A DNA stretch of 43,222 nt from Clostridia bacterium (GCA_017522905.1 JAFWXY010000077.1:1-43222), one strand, 5' to 3'. Positions 28,337-37,001 are shown, counted from the stretch's first letter. Notes: generated by a model not told the origin, from the sequence alone. A program made the numbers and translations.

Positions 28337-28370
28337 TTGACTTTATAGATTTGCGAAGGGAGGGCGTTTT

Positions 28371-30044
28371 ATGCGGAGAAGCCTGCATATTGAAAACATT
28401 GCCGTTGTAAAACGTGCAGATATAGATTTTGAAGGCGGCTTTACCGTGCTTACCGGTGAGACGGGAGCGGGAAAGTCGGTCATGATAGACAGTATAAATA
28501 TGCTCACCGGAGCAAGGGTTACAAGAGAGGTCGTCCGCTCGGGAGAGGCTTATGCGCTCTCGGAGGCGGTTTTTGACGGCTTGTCGGACTCGGTAATCGA
28601 AAAGCTCTCGGAGCTTGGGATAGACTGTGACGGCGGAGAGATAATAGTCAGCTGTAAGCTGACGGTTGACGGCAAGACGGTAAACCGTATAAACGGAAGA
28701 AGCGTTACGCGCACGGCGTTGCGCGACGTGGCAAAGATGCTTATCTCCATTCACGGACAAAATGACAGTAAGATGCTGTTCAATAAAAACGCATATTTTG
28801 ATCTCGTTGACAGCTACGGAGAGTGCCAAGGCGAGAGAAATACATACAGGGAAATATACAAAGCCTTGGAGGAGACCCGGCGCAAGCTCTCCGATCTTGA
28901 TACAGACGAGGAGGAGAAGGCGAGAAGACGCGATATGCTTGAATATCAGATCAAGGATATCGACCGGAGAAAGCTTAAGGACGGCGAGGAAGAGGCGCTT
29001 GAAGCCGAAAAGCTTCGCCTGAAAAACATAGAAAAAATTAACAAACATATAAATTTTGCCGATAGAGTGCTTAGCGGAGGTGAGCGCAGCGGAGACGTGG
29101 CTTATATGCTCTCGCGCGCATCGGAATCGCTCAATAAAATAGCCGACGTAGTACCCAGTGCATCACCCCTTGCCGAGAAGCTTATGGAAATGAGCTACGA
29201 GGTGTCGGATATCGCGGAAGAGGTAAAGGCACTCTCGGATATCGATTCCGAGGATGCAGACGCAAGGCTTGATAAGATAGAATCTCGCCTTGAGATAATC
29301 TCCTCACTCAAAAAGAGATACGGTAAGGATATTAAGGCTATCCTCGCGTTTCGAGAGAGGGCGGTGGCAGAGCTTGACTCGATCGAGCTTTCGGATGAGC
29401 ACGCGGAAAGGTATAAAACAGAGATCAAAGCACTTGAATCGCACGCCCGAAAGGCAGCAGACGCGCTTACAAAAAAGCGGGCATCTGCCGCAAGGAGCGC
29501 ATCGCGTGAGATTATGGATGTGCTTTCCTATCTTGATATGCCCAAGGTCATCTTTGAGATCGAGGTGGTCGATGCGGGCGAGCTTAATTCACACGGCGCT
29601 GACAAGATAGAGTTCAAGGTCGCTACCAACCCGGGTGAGCCCCTTATGCCAATGAGCGAGATCGCATCCGGCGGAGAAATGGCGAGAATCATGCTTGCGA
29701 TAAAGAGCGTTCTTAACGAAAAGGACGGTGTCGCATGCTCGGTATACGACGAGATAGACACGGGAATTTCGGGCAAGACGTCACGAAAGATCGGTATAAA
29801 GCTACACTCGATAGCCACTGATACTCAGGTCATATGCGTAACTCACTCTGCGCAGATAGCAACACTTGCCGATAATCATTTCCTTATCTCCAAAAAGGAA
29901 ATAGATGGCAGAGCGCATACAAGCATCAAAGCCTTGTCGTACGAGGAAAGAGTAGAGGAGGCGGCGCGAATACTCGGCGGCATCAATATCACCGAGGCGC
30001 AAAGACAGGCGGCGCGCGATATGCTTGACAACAAAAACGAATAA
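28371..30044 (+). CDS. recN: DNA repair protein RecN
   Basis: Walker A GETGAGKS, a long coiled-coil centre, the SMC-type signature ASGGEMARIMLA, and Walker B VYDEIDTGISG. Confidence 0.95.
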   Translation: MRRSLHIENIAVVKRADIDFEGGFTVLTGETGAGKSVMIDSINMLTGARVTREVVRSGEAYALSEAVFDGLSDSVIEKLSELGIDCDGGEIIVSCKLTVDGKTVNRINGRSVTRTALRDVAKMLISIHGQNDSKMLFNKNAYFDLVDSYGECQGERNTYREIYKALEETRRKLSDLDTDEEEKARRRDMLEYQIKDIDRRKLKDGEEEALEAEKLRLKNIEKINKHINFADRVLSGGERSGDVAYMLSRASESLNKIADVVPSASPLAEKLMEMSYEVSDIAEEVKALSDIDSEDADARLDKIESRLEIISSLKKRYGKDIKAILAFRERAVAELDSIELSDEHAERYKTEIKALESHARKAADALTKKRASAARSASREIMDVLSYLDMPKVIFEIEVVDAGELNSHGADKIEFKVATNPGEPLMPMSEIASGGEMARIMLAIKSVLNEKDGVACSVYDEIDTGISGKTSRKIGIKLHSIATDTQVICVTHSAQIATLADNHFLISKKEIDGRAHTSIKALSYEERVEEAARILGGINITEAQRQAARDMLDNKNE

Positions 30045-30063
30045 TAAAAAAATAATATTAGTA

Positions 30064-30092
30064 TTGAAATCACGCGGTATGTGTGATATAAT
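30064..30092 (+). promoter_or_regulatory. Sigma-A promoter of argS
   Basis: TTGAAA (30064-30069), 17 nt, TATAAT (30087-30092), preceded by TGA. The leader is only about 30 nt. Confidence 0.65.
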
Positions 30093-30126
30093 ATCAAGGT
30101 TGCATAAAATCAAGAGGTTAAAATAA

Positions 30127-31863
30127 ATGTTAAAAATCAAATTAGAGATCGCCGAAAAGATATATGACGGCGTAAAGAAGATCAATCCCGACGCGGAAAT
30201 AAGCGCCGCGGATATCGCTGCGATGCTTGAATATCCCCCCGACGCAAGCATGGGAGACCTTGCTTTCCCTTGCTTTAAGCTTTCACGCGCGCTTCGCCGC
30301 TCACCCGTTCAGATCGCGGCTACGATCGCTGAGGAGCTTGAGGGTGGAGCAATAGGCTCTGCAGATGCGGTAAACGGATATCTCAACATCAAGATATCAA
30401 ACGAATATCTCGGCGCAAGGGTGCTTCCCGAGATACTTGAAAAGAAGGAAAACTACGGCGCACCCGATATGGGTAAGGGAAAGACGGTCGTTCTCGACTA
30501 TTCCTCGCCTAACGTTGCTAAGCCCTTCCATATAGGTCACCTCGGCACTACCGTTATCGGTCACGCACTCAAGAGACTGCACGAGTTTGCGGGATATAAG
30601 TGTGTCGGTATCAACTACCTTGGCGACTGGGGAACACAGTTTGGTAAGCTCATCGTTGCATACAAGCTTTGGGGCAACAAGGAGCAGATCGAGGAGGGCG
30701 GAATAGACAAGCTCGTTGAGCTTTACGTCCGCATTAACAACACCATCAAGGGCGACGAGGAGAACGGGATCCCCGCGAGAGCTGATCTTGCGGATCAGGC
30801 AAGAGAGGAATTCCACAAGATGGAGATCGGTGACGAGGAAAACATCGCGCTTTGGAAGTGGTTTGTTGAGATAAGCCTTGCAGAGTATGAAAAGACCTAC
30901 AAGCAGCTCGGTATTGAGTTTGATAGCTACAAGGGTGAGAGCTTCTATACAGACAAGATGCCCGCACAGGTCGAAAAGCTCAGACAAAGCGGTCTTATGA
31001 AGATCGACGACGGCGCGTCCATCGTTGAGCTTGAGGAGTACGGTATGCCCCCTTGCCTTATCTTGAAGCGTGATGGCTCTACTCTTTATCCCACGCGTGA
31101 CATCGCTGCGGCGGTATACAGAAAAGAGCATTACGGCTTTGATAAGTGCATCTACGTAACAAGCACACAGCAGATACTCCATTTCAAGCAGTGGTTCAAG
31201 GTTGTTGAGCTTATGGGCTACGATTGGTACGATCAGCTCGTACATATCCCCTACGGTACAGTTTCGCTTAACGGCGCAAAGCTTGCAACAAGAACGGGCA
31301 ACGTTGTTCTCTTGAAGGATCTCTTCGCTCAGGCAATTGAGAAGGTAAAGGGAATTATGGAAGAGAAGAATCCCGACCTTTGTGGAAGGGACGATATCGC
31401 TGAGGCGGTTGGTGTCGGCGCGGTAGTATTCTATTACCTTACAAACAACCGCATCAAGGATATCAACTTCAATCTTGAGGATGCACTCAGCTTTGACGGC
31501 AACACAGGACCTTACGTTCAGTACACCTATGCAAGAACCTGCTCGGTGCTTGAAAAGGTAAAGGACGTAGAGCTTGGCGACGAGATCGTCATCACAACCG
31601 ACGAGGAGGCAACACTCCTTAAGACAATGGCGCAGTACGAGGGGAGAGTTCTCGGCGCGATCAGGGATTACGAGCCCTCGGTCATCACAAGATTTATTCT
31701 TGACGTTGCAGTGGCATTCAACAAGTTCTACCATGAGTGCCGTATCGCCAACGAGCAGGATGAGAAGGTAAGACAGACGAGAATCAAGCTTACAGAGGCG
31801 GCAAGAAGCGTGCTTGGAAGCGCATTCTCACTTATCTGCTTAAAGAAGACAGAGCGCATATAA
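30127..31863 (+). CDS. argS: Arginine--tRNA ligase
   Basis: Class-I HIGH motif (PFHIGHLG), a KMSK-like KLATRTGN, and a DALR anticodon-binding C-terminus. Own promoter and SD AGAGG. Confidence 0.95.
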   Translation: MLKIKLEIAEKIYDGVKKINPDAEISAADIAAMLEYPPDASMGDLAFPCFKLSRALRRSPVQIAATIAEELEGGAIGSADAVNGYLNIKISNEYLGARVLPEILEKKENYGAPDMGKGKTVVLDYSSPNVAKPFHIGHLGTTVIGHALKRLHEFAGYKCVGINYLGDWGTQFGKLIVAYKLWGNKEQIEEGGIDKLVELYVRINNTIKGDEENGIPARADLADQAREEFHKMEIGDEENIALWKWFVEISLAEYEKTYKQLGIEFDSYKGESFYTDKMPAQVEKLRQSGLMKIDDGASIVELEEYGMPPCLILKRDGSTLYPTRDIAAAVYRKEHYGFDKCIYVTSTQQILHFKQWFKVVELMGYDWYDQLVHIPYGTVSLNGAKLATRTGNVVLLKDLFAQAIEKVKGIMEEKNPDLCGRDDIAEAVGVGAVVFYYLTNNRIKDINFNLEDALSFDGNTGPYVQYTYARTCSVLEKVKDVELGDEIVITTDEEATLLKTMAQYEGRVLGAIRDYEPSVITRFILDVAVAFNKFYHECRIANEQDEKVRQTRIKLTEAARSVLGSAFSLICLKKTERI

Positions 31864-31902
31864 CGGAAAGCATTAGTTAATAATTGAAAGGAATATAAAG
31901 GC

Positions 31903-32637
31903 ATGTCAGGACATAGCAAATGGGCTAATATCAAGCATAAGAAGGAAAAGACCGACGCGGCTCGCGCCAAGGTGTTTACAAGAATAGGTAAGGAGATCAC
32001 AGTTGCGGTTAAGGAAGGAGGCGGAGACCCCACCTCTAACTCCAAGCTCCGTGACCTTATCCAGAAGGCAAAGGCAAACAACGTACCTAACGACAATATC
32101 GAGAGAACAATCAAAAAAGCTCTCGGCGGTGGCGGAGAGGCATACGAGGAGGTAGTTTACGAGGGCTACGGTCCTGCGGGAATCGCTGTTATTGTTGAGG
32201 CGGCTACCGACAACAGAAACAGAACAGCAGGTAACGTTCGTTCTTATTTCTCCAAGTACCACGGCAACATGGGACAGACGGGCTGCGTAAGCTTTATGTT
32301 CGAGGATAAGGGAGTTATCGTTATCATGGACGAGGACGGCGAGATCGACGAGGACAAGCTTATGGAAACTGCTCTTGAGGCAGGTGCTGAGGACTTCTCG
32401 GGCGAGGACGGAGTTTTCGAGATCTACACCACGACCGACGACGTGTACGCCATCGCAGATACACTCAAGGCGGAGGGATATACCCTTGAGTCCGCAGAGA
32501 CTACCAAGGTTCCCACGACCTACGTAAATCTTGACAACGAGGACGACATCAAGTTCATGAGCCTTCTTATTGAGAAGCTTGAGGAGGACGATGACGTTCT
32601 TGAGGTGTACCACAACTGGGAGAATCCCGCTCAGTAA
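31903..32637 (+). CDS. yebC: YebC/PmpR-family DNA-binding transcriptional regulator
   Basis: MSGHSKWANIKHKK N-terminus and conserved length (244 aa). Confidence 0.95.
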   Translation: MSGHSKWANIKHKKEKTDAARAKVFTRIGKEITVAVKEGGGDPTSNSKLRDLIQKAKANNVPNDNIERTIKKALGGGGEAYEEVVYEGYGPAGIAVIVEAATDNRNRTAGNVRSYFSKYHGNMGQTGCVSFMFEDKGVIVIMDEDGEIDEDKLMETALEAGAEDFSGEDGVFEIYTTTDDVYAIADTLKAEGYTLESAETTKVPTTYVNLDNEDDIKFMSLLIEKLEEDDDVLEVYHNWENPAQ

Positions 32638-32653
32638 TTCCGAGAACATATGA

Positions 32654-32681
32654 TAAGGAAGCCCCCAAAAGGGCTTCCTTA
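32654..32681 (+). terminator. Hairpin after yebC (possible terminator, no U tract)
   Basis: Stem TAAGGAAGCCC (32654-32664) / GGGCTTCCTTA (32671-32681). The downstream sequence is A-rich, not T-rich. Confidence 0.45.
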
Positions 32682-32700
32682 CACAAAAAACAATTTGAAA

Positions 32701-32720
32701 CGGGCGTCCTCGGGCGTCCC
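32701..32720 (+). repeat. Tandem 10-mer CGGGCGTCCT/CGGGCGTCCC
   Basis: Read directly, 9/10 identical. It lies 18 nt upstream of the flippase start codon. Confidence 0.8.
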
Positions 32721-32737
32721 TTTGTTAACGGGGCATA

Positions 32738-34183
32738 ATGAAAGAGAATAAATATAAAAGACTGTTTTCCAACACCTTAATATTTACTATAGGTAAGTTT
32801 GTTTCCAAGCTTATCGTTATTTTCATGCTCCCATTCTATACTTCCTATCTTACAAGCGCGGAGTACAGCACCGCAGACCTAATCACAAACCTCTGTAATC
32901 TCCTGATACCTATGGCTTGCCTTGGTGTCAGTGAGGGAATATTCAGAGGTGCGGCGGCAAAGAACGTAGATAAGGAATCGTTTTTTACAAATGGCGTCTT
33001 GCTTATGCTGATAGGCAGTGCGGTATTTTTGGCACTTTCGCCCTTGCTCAATCTCTTTGATTATTTTACCGATTATATCTGGCTTATAGTACTATACGTA
33101 TTGGCGTCAAATATTCATTCGGTATGCTCGCAGTACGTCTGCGCTATAGGTAAAACAAAGCTATTTGCAGGTCAGGGTGTGCTTAATACGATGCTGACCG
33201 TTCTGCTTAACATTTTGTTCCTTGTCGGCTTTGATATGGGCATTAACGGATACGTTTTGTCCATCGTGCTTGCAGATTTTCTCTCAACGCTGTTTTTGGT
33301 GTTTACCGCACGGCTTTACCGCGCGTTTATACCTAAAAAGATTGACAAGGCGGTACTCAAGGATCTCTTGCGCTTCTGTCTGCCCCTGATACCCTCAACG
33401 GTTTTCTGGTGGATAACAGGCGTTTCGGACAGATATATGGTTGCGTATTTCTGCTCGGACGAGAAGAACGGACTTTACGCCGCGGCGTATAAGATACCAA
33501 CGCTGCTCACCTACGTTGTGGTCATCTTCAACGATGCCTGGAAGCTCTCGGCGGTTGCAGAGTCAGATAACAGGGAGGAATGCGCTAAGTTTTATTCGGG
33601 AGTTTTCAAGTATTATATCGCAGTTATGTTCGCGGGCGGCGGAATCCTCGCGGTCGGCGCGCAGATATTTGCCAAAATACTCTTTGCAGAAAGCTATTTT
33701 TCGGCATGGGTGTTTATCCCGATCTTGTCTGCGGCGACCGTGTTTACCGCACTTGATACCTTCCTTGGCAGTGCGTATTTCACTGTAAAGAGGACGGGAA
33801 TGTCCTTCTGGACGTCTCTTATCGGTGCGGCGCTCAATATTGCCCTTAATATCATTCTGATACCTAACGAGGGACCCTTTGGCGGGGCTATAGGCGCATC
33901 GATAGCCACCTACGTCAGCTACTTTGCGGTATTCGTCATAAGGGCTATCACTATGAAAAGGTTCATACCCTTTAAGATGTATCCCGTGAAGCTTATTTTG
34001 AACACCTTGCTCATAACCGCTATCGCGGCATCAATGACCGCGTGGGGAAGTGATGCTAAGGGAATCATAATTGCCGCGGCTCTGCTGTTGGTGAGTATAA
34101 TAATTAATGGAAAGGATATTTTCCTCGGTTGCCGTGACATTATTGCTTCTATTAGAAGAAAAAAGGGTACAGCTGTGGAATAA
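32738..34183 (+). CDS. Oligosaccharide/polysaccharide flippase family protein (MOP superfamily, Wzx-like)
   Basis: 481-aa protein with about 14 TM helices. The N-terminus NTLIFTIGKFVSKLIVIFMLPFYTSYLTSAEY is typical of Wzx-type flippases. The SD is weak. Confidence 0.72.
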   Translation: MKENKYKRLFSNTLIFTIGKFVSKLIVIFMLPFYTSYLTSAEYSTADLITNLCNLLIPMACLGVSEGIFRGAAAKNVDKESFFTNGVLLMLIGSAVFLALSPLLNLFDYFTDYIWLIVLYVLASNIHSVCSQYVCAIGKTKLFAGQGVLNTMLTVLLNILFLVGFDMGINGYVLSIVLADFLSTLFLVFTARLYRAFIPKKIDKAVLKDLLRFCLPLIPSTVFWWITGVSDRYMVAYFCSDEKNGLYAAAYKIPTLLTYVVVIFNDAWKLSAVAESDNREECAKFYSGVFKYYIAVMFAGGGILAVGAQIFAKILFAESYFSAWVFIPILSAATVFTALDTFLGSAYFTVKRTGMSFWTSLIGAALNIALNIILIPNEGPFGGAIGASIATYVSYFAVFVIRAITMKRFIPFKMYPVKLILNTLLITAIAASMTAWGSDAKGIIIAAALLLVSIIINGKDIFLGCRDIIASIRRKKGTAVE

Positions 34184-34218
34184 TTTACAATTAGTTCACA
34201 AATATTTTTGTAATTATC

Positions 34219-34247
34219 TTGCAAAAAAGCAAGTTATATGGTATAAT
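34219..34247 (+). promoter_or_regulatory. Sigma-A promoter of rplS
   Basis: TTGCAA (34219-34224), 17 nt, TATAAT (34242-34247), preceded by TGG. Confidence 0.65.
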
Positions 34248-34254
34248 CAATTCC

Positions 34255-34334
34255 GCGTGTGAAAACGCATAATTTTAAGGGTGGTCCGCTGCATTGCTCG
34301 CAAGAACATCCGGATTTTGAAGGAGGGCTTTAAA
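34255..34334 (+). promoter_or_regulatory. rplS 5' leader (possible L19-type autoregulatory leader)
   Basis: A leader of about 80 nt lies between the promoter and the start codon. It has small hairpins (GCGT-GTGAAA-ACGC; GGTCCG...CGGATT with G-U pairs). An L19 leader family is described for low-GC Gram-positives, but I cannot verify a match by eye. Confidence 0.3.
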
Positions 34335-34682
34335 ATGGATCTTATTAAGGCTTTTACAAACGAGCAACTCAAAACAGAGATACCCCAGTTCAACATTGGT
34401 GACACAGTTCGTGTACACAACAAGATCGTAGAGGGTACAAGAGAAAGAATTCAGATGTACGAGGGTACGGTTATCGCAAAGCACGAGGGCGGAATCTCTT
34501 CTACCTTTACAGTAAGAAGAATCGCTTATGGCTGCGGTGTTGAAAAGACATTCCCCGTTCACTCTCCCAACGTAGTAGCAGTTGACGTTATCCGTAAGGG
34601 TAAGGTTCGCCGCGCTAAGCTCTACTACCTCCGCGGAAGAGTTGGTAAGGCTTCTAAGGTTAAGGAAGATCTCTCAAAGTAA
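34335..34682 (+). CDS. rplS: 50S ribosomal protein L19
   Basis: [48 protein letters not shown] signature. ATG 34335 follows GAAGGAGGG. Confidence 0.95.
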   Translation: MDLIKAFTNEQLKTEIPQFNIGDTVRVHNKIVEGTRERIQMYEGTVIAKHEGGISSTFTVRRIAYGCGVEKTFPVHSPNVVAVDVIRKGKVRRAKLYYLRGRVGKASKVKEDLSK

Positions 34683-34699
34683 TATTCTTTGTCTGAAAT

Positions 34700-34738
34700 A
34701 TAGGCGAGTCGAGAATTCTCGACTCGCCTATGTTTTTT
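34700..34738. terminator. Bidirectional terminator between rplS (+) and the ROK-like gene (-)
   Basis: 32-nt perfect palindrome ATAGGCGAGTCGAGAA/TTCTCGACTCGCCTAT (34700-34731), followed by GTTTTTT. Confidence 0.9.
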
Positions 34739-35765
34739 ATGAATTATTTGAGGTAATGTATTTTTTGATAACCGTAAGAAGCGTGTATCTTGCCGCACCG
34801 ACGTATTCTATAGGAAAGCTTGAGTCTCTTGTGTAGATAACAGGCGCGGAAGTGCCGGTAAGCGCAAGCTTGCGGCATATTTTGTCTGCGGTGTCGCTGT
34901 CAGGAGAGAAAACGTCAGATGCGAGAAGTAAGACCGAGGGCGAGAATGCTGCATCCATAAAATCTGCAATGCGAATGAACAGAGCATCCCTCTTTTCCTT
35001 TGGTATCATACGGATATGAGCAAGGTCGGAAAGCTCCTCGCGTGAGAGGATGTTTTCGGGCGAGCATATCGCTGCGGACCCGTTCTCGTATACGTGGAAT
35101 GAAGAAATGCGATTTCCAATAAAAATATATGATATGCCTTTCCCGTTGCCGTAAAGCTTGATCGCCTTGAATTTTACCGCCTCACCTATCGCCTCGGATA
35201 GAGTGAGGTGAGATGATACCCTCTTTCCAAGGATCGTGAAAATGACTTCCTCGACGTATGCGCTCAGTGATATGGGAGGCAGAAATGAAATGCGTGGATC
35301 AAGCTGAGCTTGGCGACAAGCGTCGGCGTAGAGCACTGACATAGCGGCAAATTCAAGCTTGGATTTTTTCAGCTTAAGACCGTTGCGCGAAATGAAGATG
35401 TTCAGATTGTCTTCAAAAGACACCTCGGGGTCGTATATGTGTGAAAGAGAGAGCAGTATCTTGCCTGTTGGATTTACAACACACATTTTGTATACCGACG
35501 TTGACAGATCGAAGATAAGTATCGAGGAGCGGTCGTTGAAGAGCAGGTGAGTTGATGGACGCTCATCGCCCACAGAGAATATTCTGCCGTCCATGAAGCC
35601 GCTACCGATAAGCGCGTCTGCAACCTTGCCCGAGGTCACCTTGCTGACGAAGCAGGATGCGGCAACAGAGGCTCTGGACGGTGCGTGACCCGAGATATAT
35701 TCATTGAGTAATTTATCAAGCGTCTTAGATTTGACGGTAAGATTTATCCTTTTGAATTTTGACAT
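34737..35765 (-). CDS. Hypothetical protein, divergent ROK/ASKHA-like with a possible N-terminal winged helix
   Basis: 342-aa ORF with a strong SD (GGTGGAG) and a consensus promoter. The N-terminal 60 aa resemble a ROK-repressor wHTH, and ILIFDLSTSVYKMCVVNPTGKIL resembles the ASKHA phosphate-1 strand. No ROK Zn-Cys motif is seen. Confidence 0.4.
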   Translation of the reverse strand: MSKFKRINLTVKSKTLDKLLNEYISGHAPSRASVAASCFVSKVTSGKVADALIGSGFMDGRIFSVGDERPSTHLLFNDRSSILIFDLSTSVYKMCVVNPTGKILLSLSHIYDPEVSFEDNLNIFISRNGLKLKKSKLEFAAMSVLYADACRQAQLDPRISFLPPISLSAYVEEVIFTILGKRVSSHLTLSEAIGEAVKFKAIKLYGNGKGISYIFIGNRISSFHVYENGSAAICSPENILSREELSDLAHIRMIPKEKRDALFIRIADFMDAAFSPSVLLLASDVFSPDSDTADKICRKLALTGTSAPVIYTRDSSFPIEYVGAARYTLLTVIKKYITSNNS

Positions 35766-35798
35766 AACGCTCCACCAAACTTAAAGTAATATATCAAA

Positions 35799-35827
35799 AT
35801 TATAGGATAATTTTATAGGGTTGTCAA
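35799..35827 (-). promoter_or_regulatory. Sigma-A promoter of the ROK-like orphan gene
   Basis: Minus strand: TTGACA (complement of 35822-35827), 17 nt, TATAAT (complement of 35799-35804). Confidence 0.7.
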
Positions 35828-35874
35828 TAAGAAAAGAAAAAATATAAAAATATGAAAAACTTTCAAAAAAACTA

Positions 35875-35903
35875 TTGACAAAAAGGACTTTGAATGTTAT
35901 AAT
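35875..35903 (+). promoter_or_regulatory. Sigma-A promoter of rplU-prp-rpmA
   Basis: TTGACA (35875-35880), 17 nt, TATAAT (35898-35903), preceded by TGT. Confidence 0.75.
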
Positions 35904-35909
35904 ATCTTG

Positions 35910-35991
35910 CCGCATAAAAATGGCTCTTTTAAGTGCGCCTAAAAAAGGCGACGCCATCATAGCGAGACTTAATGAAAGAGAGGTGCTTTTC
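35910..35991 (+). promoter_or_regulatory. rplU 5' leader with nested hairpin (possible L21-type leader)
   Basis: Outer stem ATGGC (35920-35924) / GCCAT (35953-35957) encloses an inner stem GTGCGCC (35933-35939) / GGCGAC (35947-35952, one bulged G) with loop TAAAAAA. An L21 leader family is known upstream of rplU in Firmicutes. Confidence 0.4.
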
Positions 35992-36303
35992 GTGTTTGCA
36001 ATAATTGAAACCGGCGGAAAGCAGTACAAGGTAACAGAGCAGGATATTATCTTTGTTGAGAAGCTTGACTGCGCAGAGAACGACGAGATCGTATTCGATA
36101 AGGTCGTTGCAGTTTCCACAGAGGCAGGCTTTAAGGCAGGTACACCTGTTGTTGAGGGTGCAGTTGTAAAGGGTACTGTAGTAAAGAACGGTAAGGGCAA
36201 GAAGATCTATGTTCTTAAGTACAAGTCCAAGAAGGACTCCAAGAAGAAGATCGGTCACAGACAGCCTTACACTAAGGTTCAGATCACATCCATCGTTGGC
36301 TAA
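35992..36303 (+). CDS. rplU: 50S ribosomal protein L21
   Basis: GTG 35992 gives (M)[13 protein letters not shown], the canonical L21 N-terminus, at 103 aa. SD GAGAGGTG upstream. The track start at 35875 is the -35 box. Confidence 0.9.
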   Translation: MFAIIETGGKQYKVTEQDIIFVEKLDCAENDEIVFDKVVAVSTEAGFKAGTPVVEGAVVKGTVVKNGKGKKIYVLKYKSKKDSKKKIGHRQPYTKVQITSIVG

Positions 36304-36308
36304 TCGCT

Positions 36309-36671
36309 ATGACGAAAATAGTTTTTCTTCGCAGTGATGGCATTTTCTACGGATTTGAGGAGCAGGGACATACAGGCTTTGGCACCGAGGGAGACGATGT
36401 TCTCTGTGCGGCGCTTTCTGCAATGACAATGCTTATAATCAACACCGTAGAGGTAGCTTACGCTTCATCTATCGATTACGATATTGATGAAGAAACTACA
36501 AACATCCGAGTAAGATCAAAGGCGGCGCTTCCCGAGTTTGAGGAAGACGAGCTCAAGAGATATGCGGTATCGGGAATATTCCTTGCATACTACAAGCAGA
36601 TCGAGGATCTTATTGAGGAGTATTACGATTTTCTCGATGTATCCATCGAGGACCGTCCTTATGATGAATAA
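36309..36671 (+). CDS. prp: Ribosomal-processing cysteine protease Prp (YsxB family)
   Basis: GHTGFGTEGDDVLCAALSA contains the His/Cys dyad pattern of Prp. Located between rplU and rpmA. Confidence 0.85.
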   Translation: MTKIVFLRSDGIFYGFEEQGHTGFGTEGDDVLCAALSAMTMLIINTVEVAYASSIDYDIDEETTNIRVRSKAALPEFEEDELKRYAVSGIFLAYYKQIEDLIEEYYDFLDVSIEDRPYDE

Positions 36672-36710
36672 GACGGACAACTAACTTAAAACATTCAGGA
36701 GGTAAAGATA

Positions 36711-36989
36711 ATGGTAAAGCTTAGTTTACAGTTCTTTGCTCATAAGAAGGGTGTCGGTTCTACAAAGAACGGCCGTGACAGTGAATCCAAGCGCCTTGGC
36801 GTTAAGAGAGCTGACGGTCAGGCAGTTGTAGCCGGCAACATCCTCGTAAGACAGAGAGGAACAGCTATCCATCCCGGTAACAACGTTGGTATCGGTAAGG
36901 ATGACACACTCTTCGCTCTTATCGACGGAAAGGTAAAGTTTGAGCATAAGGTTGGCGGAAAGAAGCAGGTTAGCGTATACGCTGACTAA
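36711..36989 (+). CDS. rpmA: 50S ribosomal protein L27 with N-terminal pro-peptide
   Basis: [24 protein letters not shown]: the Firmicute-type 9-aa extension before the conserved AHKKG, which is the substrate of Prp. SD AGGAGG. Confidence 0.95.
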   Translation: MVKLSLQFFAHKKGVGSTKNGRDSESKRLGVKRADGQAVVAGNILVRQRGTAIHPGNNVGIGKDDTLFALIDGKVKFEHKVGGKKQVSVYAD

Positions 36990-37001
36990 TTCTTGGTTAC
37001 T

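Noticed and set aside
28323-29048. 241-aa minus-strand ORF
   Set aside because: Codon-aligned shadow of the 5' third of recN.
30045-30126. T-box or other riboswitch upstream of argS, and likewise upstream of glyA at 38935-38999
   Set aside because: The leaders are only about 30-65 nt after the mapped -10 boxes. That is far too short for a T-box (more than 200 nt), and no specifier or antiterminator structures are present.
30397-31734. 445-aa minus-strand ORF
   Set aside because: It is fully antisense to argS, whose product has clear class-I synthetase motifs. It is codon-aligned with argS, so it stays open only because TTA/CTA/TCA codons are avoided. It has no SD or promoter, and its Leu/Val/Cys-rich sequence has no recognisable domains.
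31906-32649. 247-aa minus-strand ORF
   Set aside because: Codon-aligned shadow of yebC. The sense product is an unmistakable YebC/PmpR protein.
35875-35991. N-terminal extension of the rplU ORF (track start 35875)
   Set aside because: The supposed start codon TTG is the -35 hexamer of the promoter. Canonical L21 begins at (M)[13 protein letters not shown] from GTG 35992, behind an SD.
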